Assembly: GCA_043228905.1 (NCBI GenBank)
Contig: JBHGNT010000009.1
Coordinates: 13,516,001-13,580,000, forward strand
Origin: Azolla caroliniana
Lineage: Eukaryota > Plantae > Polypodiophyta
Direction: 5' to 3'
Length of the DNA stretch: 64,000 bases
Both the position numbers and the translations under genes were made by a program. The notes under the pieces were generated by a model, which saw nothing but the letters and a program-made list of their open reading frames with translations, was not told the DNA's origin and ran no database searches. This document shows positions 1-9,582 of the stretch, piece by piece. Each line of letters opens with the position of its first letter. The first letter of the stretch is position 1.

Positions 1-337
1 GAAAAGCATTATGTTATGTTTAGCCTCTTCCATCACTATATAAGGACGAGAGAAAGATTAATATGGTTGTTCATATTTTTTTAAGGCTTGATTAATATAT
101 TATATTCGTGGGATTCACGAATTTGCCATCTATTTCTCTCTTGTAATCTAAATTCATATTCTTTCCTAAAACATTAAGTAATACACTTTACTCATGGGAT
201 TCACGAGTTTCCTATCTCCCTTTCTTTTAATCTATTCATATTCATAACTAAAATCGTATTAAATTCTTCCTCCTAGTCCAAAACCCCAACGGTTCTCACT
301 TGACTCACACAACGATCCGGCGCCGAAAGGCACGACA
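1..337 (+). repeat. 3' end (U5) of a Phygy-like Gypsy LTR inserted in the LTR of element A; truncated by the window edge
   Basis: Ends ...GGCACGACA at 337. TCCAAAACCCCAACGGTTC (~277-296) resembles the reverse complement of GGAACCACCGGGGTTTTGGA near the end of the P2 LTR. No PBS follows, so it is a 3' or solo LTR. Confidence 0.5.
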
Positions 338-789
338 ACGTGAGCAGAGGATGCACCTTCTGGAGTGCGGTCGTCGGTCCTAATCACAGAGAGAGAGAGA
401 GAGAGAGGGAGGGAGAGAGAGCTTCAGTACTCTGAGCGGCAGAGTTTCCTCCTCCTTAAACCTGGGTCCCTAAAACAATTCCAGGTTGCCCCTTTTATAG
501 CGCAAGGGATAATCGTTACATCAGGGTTAATGTGCTTTCGTTATCCCCCTTCATTCCCTTCTTAATTTTCGCCCCCATTATTCTCCTCCACCTGCGTGAC
601 ATTAAAGCTCCTATGAAAGCCTAACTTCCTAGTAATCACCAAAATCCTACCGTTACTTAGTATTTACATATGTCAGTACAAAAGGGGGTGTGCACTTGTG
701 CACACCCGCATTCACACGCATTTGGCTATGTTTCCCCCCTATGGCCTGAAATCTTCACGACATCCACCCCCACCAAACCACACATCCTC

Positions 790-3700
790 CGATATGTGCC
801 AGGTAGTGAGTTTAGAGGAGGATTTCCTGGCCATCCTTTACTCATCTTCCTCGTCTGAAACATTGCCTTTGGTCCTCAATGTCGGGTCTTGTTCCACTTC
901 GTGCTGCTTTTTGAAGGCCTTTATCTGCTTCTCTACTATTGTCGAGCTTTGTGAGGTGGTATGTCGTGTTGTCATTTGTGTTGGTCACTACATATGGCCC
1001 AAATCACTGCTTAGCGAACTTACTCGTAGACTGGTGCTGGTTGTCAAGACTGTTGTTGTAGACCAATACCAAATCACCTTCTTCGAATTTCCTCGGTCAG
1101 AGTCAGTGCGTCTTGTCGAACCGGGCTTTGATATTGGTTCGCGCTTCTTCCATTCTTGTCGTCGCCCGCTCCACGTGTTCACCAACCCCACCTACCGAGA
1201 AGCCAGACCCACCCCACGCCCCCCAGGATATCCTCGGCATATTAGAAGAGGAGTAAAACAAACCCATAAGCCCTTGTATAAACGAGCAACTTTTGTAATT
1301 TGTTTTGTTTTTGCCAAATCCGTGGTTATCCCTCCACATTGTGAACTGTGGGTCCGACGGACAAAGTCCTATCCCACGGGCGTGGCAGGTGTTGTCCATA
1401 GGCCAGAAATATAAATACATTATGCAAACTCGCCGGTAGGTAGAATAGTAGGTGAGGAAATAGGTAGAACTAGAAATAGTCGAGTTTTTAGCCCTCACAA
1501 TCAGCTGATGGCTTGGCTTTGTCTGAAGAGGAAAACTATATAACCCGAGATATGCATACCTCAAGAGGAGGAGGATATAGATTATTTAGTAAGATTACTA
1601 TCATAGCACTGAGCTCTGCACAACCTGTTCCCGGCCGAGCGCCGTGTACTGTAATCGCTGTGAGCTTTAGAATTTAATATAAGTTTCGCTCTTACTATTC
1701 TTTTATCTCTGTATTCTCCCCGTACTCGTAAACCGAGCTACGTTTATGCCTAATGGGTTGTAGCCCGTGTACGATCCTCGTTCTCCTATCATCTTCTCAG
1801 TGTAGAAGAGGCTTCTACGTAACATGATACCTTGATACCGATAACCTGTGGGCTCATCGAAGGTGTTTCCCCAGAAACGGTTAACAGCCTCCGCTCAAGT
1901 TGTCAGATGTGAGCCACCAACAACTCCTCCCTACTCATTTCGTTGGCCTAGTCGACTACCTTCCAGGAGGTAATTGTTCATTCCACCAGCATGATGGGTT
2001 TCTACCCGAACATGAGCTCCGCAGGCATGTATCCGGTCACTGAACTGTGTGTAATTCGGTCCACCCACATCGCATAAGGTAGGAGCCTTGGCTAGTTGCC
2101 GACTCGCCCTTCACATGCGCGTACTATGGCGTTTACGATTGGCCCATGGCCCCACTCAACCTTCCCGTTCACCTCCGAGTTATATGCCGTTGTAAGGGAC
2201 AACTTGACCCCTAGCCGACCAAACAGCTCTCGGCCTCCTCCGCATCCAACTCTCCGCGGTCGGCCACAAGTTTCCCCAGGCACCTATATCGGTAGACGAC
2301 ATCTTCGATTAGAAACTTGCATACGGCCACGGTGGTCTTGTTCGTCAATGCCCGGCCTTTCATCTGGTTCGTCAAATCTTCCCTCGCTAGCACCAAGTAC
2401 CACATCTGTCCTACTCCCATCGACATCATTACCAAGTCGACCATCCACTTGAAGTGTATGGCTTGGTGGGTAGGTCGTGTGTAGCTCGTCGCGATGTCGA
2501 ACAACTGAGTGCATTTGGTAGCTTTCGCACGTACGAAGTGGTGCACGCCTTGATACATTCCCGACCACTAGTACTTCTCCTTTAGCTTCTTGAACGTGGC
2601 CCATGTACCCCGATGTCCGGACCAAGGGCTCTCATGGAACTCCGTCATCATGACTATTTGGTCTTTAGTTTGCGTCACTACCCGGAGTGGCACGTTGTTC
2701 CGTTTCTTTGGATGTCGCCAAATTTTTCCACTTCATAGGAAGAATTTGTACGCCTTCTTCCTGATTCAACTCACTTCCTCACTTGTTGATGACGCATCCG
2801 CCATCATTGTGCTTAGGAATCTTCCGATTAGAGGCCACTCCCTATCGTAGTCGTTCTCATTGAACTCGTTCAGGGGTGGAGTGCTTCACTTGTTTACCTT
2901 CATTCGGGCCGATTCAAAGAAGTTTGCGCCGACTTATTCATTTTCCGACACCATGTTGTCCTCGTTCTCGAACCTTGCTCTTGAAAGCATGTCGGCCATG
3001 GTGTTGTCCTTTCTGGAAATATGTCGTATTTCCGGGTTTAGGGACTTGATGTACAAAATCCACTTGAGCATTGCCAGATCTGTAGTTGTGCATCCGGAAA
3101 CCATACCGAGAATCGATAGGAAGTCTGTTTCTATAATCACTTCTATCTCAATTAAGTAGTCCTTGTCGACCTTAACCGCCAAAACGATACCCCATAGTTC
3201 GCGCTTGACTTGGGCGTATCCTTTTTACCGCTTGTTCAGCACCTTCGCGCCAAACCGGATGGGAAAATGCATGCCGTTTTCATCCTGATTTACGACCCAT
3301 TCGATTCCAGTCGGGCTGGTGTCCAGTTTGTATACGGCTTTCCATAGAGCCGGTGCAGCTGTCAACATTTGCTTTAGTCTCTGGACCACCTACATGTGTT
3401 CTTCGCCCCATTCGTATTTCCTGCCTTTCTTTAGCAAGCCATAGAGTGGCTTGATGATATGTGCATACTGAGGAATCCAGGTATGGTAGAAGGCGCATGG
3501 TCCCAAGAACCGTTGGACCTCCGTGACGAATCCACACTCTTCTTTCATGGCCGATATGGCCTCTACCTTCGCTAGGGACAGTTTTCGGCCATATGGCCCA
3601 CACAAGTAGCCGACCACTAAGATCTCTGATTGCCCGAAAGCCGACTTCTCGCCGGAGAAGGTAAGTTGAGCGCCCTCAAGCCTCTGCAGTTGCTTCTCGT

Positions 3701-6184
3701 AGTTGGAGATGTGGTCTGCAACAAACCTTCGGCATCCGTTTTGCTCCGATCGACTCATCCTTTGTGTTCTCCGGCATCCCTTGATAAAAATGTCATCCAG
3801 GAAAGGCATGGTGATGTCCAAGATGCAGTCCCTCAATACTTTGTTCATCACATTCACCATGTGCGCCACCGAATTGGTCCCTCCTTGTGGTAGGGTACAC
3901 GTCCGCACTAGGCCAAGAGGAGTTCGCATCGTCGTGATTTCCTTGCTTTCGATGGCTAGTTAGAATTGGTCGTATCCCGAGTATAAGTCTCCAACCAAGT
4001 ATATGGACCTTCCGGCAAAGGCCTCCGCGAATTCGTCGATTGACAGCCCGACTCCCGTATTGCCAAATGTCACTTTATTGACCGACTGCAAGTCCTGAAT
4101 GAAGCGCAGTGAGCCAGTCTTCTTTGGTACTGTAAACCACCGATTTGAGTAAGCGGCACTCAACGGCTTGAGGATGCCCAACTCCACTTTCAGCTTAAGA
4201 AGCTCCATCAACTTCGCAATGTGACCTCGTAGTACTTGAATCGGCTTGAGACTCCACGACACGTGCGATACTGTGAAGATTACCAAAGGTTCGACAATGG
4301 TCGGGTCAACGCACCCAATCTCTCCTGGCAAGAATGCGAAGCCTTTCCCGTGTCTCTTGAGCATCCTCCTGAATCGGTCCTCTTCTGCCATCAACAGGAA
4401 GCCACCCCCACTGATCTTTAGCTCTCGTAGCGTCTTGTCGGTGAAGTGTCCTATGCCGGAAAAATCTCGCAAGCTTGGGTTGGTAGAAACCCCCTTTATT
4501 CGTTCCCATCTGCCCTCCGGCCACTAATGTTGGTTATGGTACAACCTCCGTTGTCGAAGAACAAAATTTTCCTACCTATAGTACAGGTGTGGGCTTTGTT
4601 CCGGTCGTCTGGACTATCACGGCCCCACGCCTTGATAGCCCTTTTTTAAAATCCTCGCGGTCGTCATTGCCGAGAGTGTTCCTATTTTCACTCATGGTTT
4701 TGTCGTATTGTCAGGAACAGAACGGAGTGACGACCATCCTGACTCTTCACCCTTGCATAGGCCAAACCATTGTCCAACACTTTGGTTTCCATTCGTACCG
4801 CTATGATGTATGGTTTGCCGAGGACGACCGGATGGGAGGATGTCTCTTGCACGAAAAAGTGTTGGTCTATCGCGACGTCACCGATCCTTACTCGGACATT
4901 CGGGCAAGCCCCGTGTAGCTCCTCCGTGGCTCACGTAGCTGCACGTATCTTCCACCCGTGCTTGGTGTTGATTGGCCATTTCCCCTTTTTGTAGAAGTCC
5001 ATGGACACTAGGTTAATTTCCAACCACCACCACTGGCTCCTTCACATCCCCGATCCGAACCGAGGTTTTTGTCGTTGTTTTGGCCCAATGCGGTTTTGTG
5101 TAGTGGCTTTCCGCAAGCTCGTCCTCTGTAGCTACCTCATCGAGCAGCGCTGCCCTTCCCTCGACCGGTTTCTCCAGTTCTTGCTTTGTCATGAGCCTCT
5201 TCCTTTTTATGAGATCCACGATGCCATCGTGGAACTCTCTCCTTTCTATGCCTAGCACTTCTCTCAATGTGAGTTCTATGTGACTATCGAGAATTCGCTC
5301 TTCTAGGACCTTTCGTAGGTCTGTCGTTTTCTTGATTTCCGAGCTTAGCTAGACGCTCAGAACCTTGCCTTTTTCTCTTTCTTGAGATCCAGCCAGATTG
5401 ACATCGATCTTCCTAGGTACACTACGGGTGTCATACCTCCCCAAAGGGCCCGGTCCTCCGGTCTGTCCGGCCCGCTTATTGTCGACTAAAACCTTGTAGT
5501 TCTAGCACGCGGCTTCTACAAAGCCGATTTTCTCCTCAATCGGGTCGCTCCATCCAGTGACATTGTGTACACGTCTTTCCACGCGGTTTGCTTTTCCCTC
5601 CTTCAGCTTTACTTCAGAGAAGGTCTCCAGGACCACCAACCAAAATCCGGGGTTTGCATCAAGGCTAGTGGCCTTTCCACCTACCCGGATGCCGACCGAG
5701 GCTAAGTAGTGGATAGCCATGACGTGCCGTGTTGTAGCCTCCTCCATCAACCTCTTCATGCCACCTCATCTGGTGTTTATTTCGAGCATTCTGCGCGTGT
5801 CACTTGCGTGCAACCAGCCATTTCAACACCATGTCATTCCTAAGTGCTTCGTTGAAGTCGGAATAGTCTCTCTGGGCCTGGCCAACAACATCACACCAAC
5901 AACAATCTAGAGATCGTGCACCATGTTCATCAGTTCCTCTACTGCCACGCCCCCAGAAGGTCCCACGACTAAGTTGGTCGAGGCCTAGCCTGACTCGAGC
6001 CACCTTTTCGTCTCTTCTGTTCCGGTCTACGCCAACTCGGCCCTTGTCTCTGGCGTTGAACCGACTGTCGAGGACCCCTCCTCTTTCTAGTCTCACCATT
6101 TATCGATCCTACCACATACTCCTTTGACCACAACCCAGTCGATCGTGAACCCTTCGTTCGTCTCCAAGAGGAGACCCACATTAT
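790..6184 (-). pseudogene. Degenerate gag-pol of element A (IN ~790-2760, RH ~2930-3600, RT ~3390-4470, PR ~4770-5050, gag to 6184; gag N-terminus continues at 15929-16430)
   Basis: ORF fragments 2211..2558 (IN), 2934..3182 (RH), 3390..3929 and 3960..4472 (RT, DLYSGYDQF), with many stops and frameshifts. Confidence 0.85.
1176..1886 (+). repeat. Solo LTR (711 bp) inserted in the integrase of element A
   Basis: Termini TGTTCACC...GGTTAACA, TATA-like CTATATAA near 1536. Host integrase sequence (QLERR|VERATTRMEE) resumes on both sides. No TSD (CCACG vs GCCTC). Confidence 0.7.
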
Positions 6185-6603
6185 TGTTATTCGCTAGCCG
6201 AACAAGGCCTAACACAAGGTGTCACGGAGACACTTCACCAAAGGGTGATTACGGCATAGGATTAAGATTCAACGATTACACCGACTTACGTAGGTTACAC
6301 GATTAGAATGCTTTGGTTAATTACACGCGTAAGATATAACAGTAGTTACAGAACGGAAATCAACACAGAAGTATAAACATCATAAGCTCTATTAATTATC
6401 CGCTCCGATTACAATGGGGTCCGGGCCTTTAAATAGGTTTCCGGCCCGTAGTACAAAACGGTGCCTATCGCACCTATTCGGGATCCGTCCGGATCTGGAA
6501 CGGCATACCGTTTCCAGTCCGTCTGTCCACACTATGCTCATTTACAACCATATTTAATTAATTCCTTCACTCCGTATTTTGGACTCCTTGCCGGCTGGTA
6601 ACA
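6185..6603 (-). repeat. 3' LTR of element B
   Basis: TGTTATTC...GGTAACA, direct repeat of 15505-15923. The minus strand has TATTTAAA, then TTGTAA, AATA and a T-rich U5, which fixes polarity as minus. Confidence 0.97.
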
Positions 6604-6605
6604 CA

Positions 6606-6643
6606 TGGCACGCCCGTGGGACAGTACCTTGTACGTCGAACCC
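6606..6643 (+). other. tRNA-Arg(UCU)-type primer-binding site at the PPT position of element B, opposite strand to the 5' PBS
   Basis: TGGCACGCCCGTGGGAC (6606-6622) lies 2 nt from the LTR, followed by a 13-nt insert and TCGAACCC (6636-6643). It is complementary to the plant tRNA-Arg 3' end as I recall it: GGGUUCGA-GUCCCACCGGGCGUGCCA. Confidence 0.75.
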
Positions 6644-6655
6644 TTCTCGGCCCCT

Positions 6656-9511
6656 TCATTGTTCACCCAAATTGTCCAAAATACTTTGTTCCAGAGTTTC
6701 CACTTGTTCTTCCGGTTGTGGTTGTTGCGGCTGTGCTTGCTGCTGCTGCTCCGTTTGTTTCGCTGACTCCGGCTGCTCCGTTTGTCTCTCTGACTCCGGC
6801 ATCTCCGGTAACGGTTCCTCATCACTGAGGTTGACCGTAACCGGTTCTCATTCTTTCTCTCCCCGGATCCGGGGCCTCTCGTAGCTTTCAAACTGGATCT
6901 GCGCCTCCAGCCTGTCGTCGTCCAGCTGAGCTACAAGTTGCCGGACCTGCCCTAGTTGGTCATCTGCCAAGGCTTGAAAGTCTTCGGCAAGCTCATCTCT
7001 TATGCCGGTGAAGTCTTCGGAAGTCAGCATATAGCAATCATCTCCCTCCTTCCGCCGGTTCTCTACGTCGGCCCGGAGCAATTGGAGTTCCGCCGCGTTC
7101 GTGGCCCACTTGGTCCACCATTTGACGGAGCCGTTGTCAATCAAGCTCTTGGTCTGGTTCAACCAGGCCCGCATGATATCCTGGATGCGACTTGCTCCCA
7201 TTTGCGCTCTACTTTCCACCACTTGTCGCTCCTCCTTCAACTGCTTGATGAGATTCGCCGTATCCTCCGCCTGCTCTCTGTAGCGCGTCAGCTGCCCTTG
7301 ATATGTTGTCTGCAGCCTCTGCAGTACCTCCGCCGCTCTTTCTTTTTCCGCCTGCTGTTGCCTGAGGAGCTCTGTCCGAACCTTATCCGCCTCTTCCAAC
7401 CGTCTTCTGTTTTCCGCTTGTTCCTTAGCGTATGCGGTTGCGGTCCGATCAACTGCTTGCCGGAGCTCATCCGTCCGTTCCTTGTGCTCCGTTTGCAACC
7501 GTTTATACTCCCGGTGCAAGTTCTCAAATTCCTCTGTTTTTTGTTTGAGCTTGCCGTTGATCTGGCGATGGTTCCGGTCCTCCCGGTCCTTTACCTGCCG
7601 GAGTTCCTCTTTCAGGCGCTCTACTTCTGTTTCGGCGTTCCTCCGGAGCCTGTCCTTCTCTTGCAGCATTTTCTCCTTCTCCTCCTTGAGCCGGTCGTAC
7701 GCTTGGTGGCCTTTCCGTAAGCTCTCCTCGGCCCGGCGTAGGTTCTCAGCAGTCTTTTTGAGTTCTGCCTCCGCTGCCGTCTTCAATTCTCTTTCGCGGC
7801 TCCTCAGCGCTTCTTGGGCAGCTAGCTCATCCTTTAAATCCGCAAGCTCTTGGGCTTGTGCCGCATTTCTCTCCGGAACGGTTTCCGTTGCCGGGGTCTG
7901 ATTGCTATGTACAGGTTGATCTGACGCCTTATTCTGTACATTGCCCGGAGTCACCGGTGCTTGGACTTGTGTTGTCAACGCGAATTGAGCCATTTCCCTT
8001 GTGACCCTGTCCAAGTCTTGTTCAAGGCTCCGGATTCTGGACCGGGCCGTCTCCAGATCTACGGTTGTGACGAGCAACCGTTCGTGGTGCGCTCTCTCCT
8101 CCGCCTCCATGTACTCGACCACTCCGGCGATTTGCTCGCCAACCCACCGTAGCCACATGCTACTGGTGCCTTGCTGCTGTACTGGTCCTACTCCATGGCC
8201 GCCGTGTGTGCTGGCTGGGCTCGCCGGCTGTTGAGTTCCGGTTCTCGCCGTCTCCGGAGCCGTTGGAATGACTTCTTCTATAGAAGTCGACAAGGCCGGT
8301 TCCATACGCACCGGTTCCGGTTCCTCCCTTGTGGTTTGCTCAGGTTGAGTTCGGGGCGTTTCTTTCTTTTGCGGGTCCGAACGCTCCCCCGCTGCCCTGG
8401 CGGTCCCACTTCTTGACCGTCGTTGGAGGTGCTCTTTTGGCTCCTCCGTTTCCTCTTCCTGGGTAACGGCATGTTTTTGTGCCGTCAAGGGTTCTGGTTC
8501 CTTCTGACCCGGTCGCCGTATGGTTATCTTAACGGGTCCCACCGGTGACACCTCCTCCGGTTCTGGGAACCGTTTCTTCCCTTTCGTCGCCTTCGACGCC
8601 AGCAGCTGCTGTCGTTTGGACGCCGACTTCGAGGTGCTTCCTTCCGATACTCTTGGCCACTTCTTTGGCTGAACGGTCTCGACCGGCGGCACGAGCAATG
8701 TTATCCACTGAGCCACGGCATGCCACAGCTTCCGGCCCTCCTTGCCGTCCTTTCCTCGTACCATGTCGATTGCCGCGCACAAACCGTCTGCAATCAACAC
8801 CGGCCAGTCCACCTGGATCCCTTCATAGGTGGCTATGATCATCCCTGCCCGATTTTTTGGCATGACAGGAGGTCGGGGGTACACGTGGCCGTACTCATGG
8901 AGCACTCGAGCTATCTCCCTGAACAGCGGATCTTCGCCGCCCTGCGTTCGATAGCCTTTGCCGGCTACAGAGTACTCACCGAAATATCGGGTAAGTTGCT
9001 CCGAGGTTGGATTATCAATCTGAAAAATACCTCCCTCCGGAAGGCCTGTTAGCGCACGGATCGCTTCCTCGGTGATGACTTCTTTGTCGAGCTCCTTGAT
9101 GACCTGGTCGGCTTCTCTGTGCGGTGGTGCTTCCATGATGGTCAAGAACCCATCCAGTCCGTGTTGCCTGAACCATTTCCTGGCCGCTTCCATCAGCGTT
9201 TGTGGTTCCATGTCTGCTTCGAGGTCGAGGAAAGATGGCGAGGTAGAGTGGTGATGAGAGTGAGAGCGAGAGAGAGAGCGTTCTGAACGCGGGGGTTCTC
9301 TGAGTGCAGGTTCGCGTTTGCTAAGCTTCCACTGCCTTGGTGCTTCTGTGCTTCTTGGCTCGCGAAAAAAGAAGGTCTCCATGCGCTCTTCTTTTTCTCT
9401 GTGCGTCTTGGCGCCTTTTTCGAGCATGCGCACGTCGTGTACCGAATTAGTATTAAGTAACGTGGCGGCTCTTAAATGCCCACTACGTACCTTTTCGCTC
9501 CTTGCTTTCAC
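6656..9511 (-). CDS. Extra ORF of element B: N-terminal plant-mobile-domain/transposon-protein-like region plus long coiled coil; likely ATG at 9211; one premature TGA at 6848-6850
   Basis: 887-aa ORF 6848..9511. The frame continues past the TGA (EPVTVNLSDEE...LDNLGEQ*) to 6656. Motifs WFRQHGLDGFL, ITEEAIRALTGLPEGG and GIQVDWPVLI, then E/K/R/Q-rich heptads over about 400 aa. Confidence 0.75.
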
Positions 9512-9535
9512 ACCCGTTCATACCTCGATTTCTAA

Positions 9536-9541
<6 letters not shown>

Positions 9542-9565
<24 letters not shown>
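9542..9565 (-). repeat. A24 tract (T24 on +) between pol and the extra ORF of element B
   Basis: Homopolymer seen directly, 17 nt after the pol stop. Confidence 0.9.
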
Positions 9566-9566
<1 letters not shown>

Positions 9567-9582
9567 ATGACGGTATGTGATC

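Noticed and set aside
388-421. (AG)n microsatellites here and at ~29712, ~34618 and ~37122 as independent features
   Set aside because: They lie within LTRs and are ordinary LTR components.
698-1414. 238-aa plus-strand ORF and many similar short ORFs
   Set aside because: These are antisense or off-frame shadows of retroelement pol or LTR sequence, and this one crosses an insertion junction.
6606-6643. tRNA gene or tRNA-derived SINE
   Set aside because: Only the T-loop and acceptor 3' strand including CCA are present. There is no A box, D arm or anticodon arm, and no tail or TSD of its own.
6641-6657. GAAGGGGCCGAGAAGGG (minus strand) as the PPT of B
   Set aside because: It ends 37 nt from the LTR boundary and is interrupted by CC, whereas a PPT must abut U3. 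It is kept only as the alternative to test.
6848-9511. Captured host SMC/myosin gene or retroviral env
   Set aside because: There are no Walker or motor motifs, signal peptide or transmembrane helix. Similarity would come from the generic coiled coil only.
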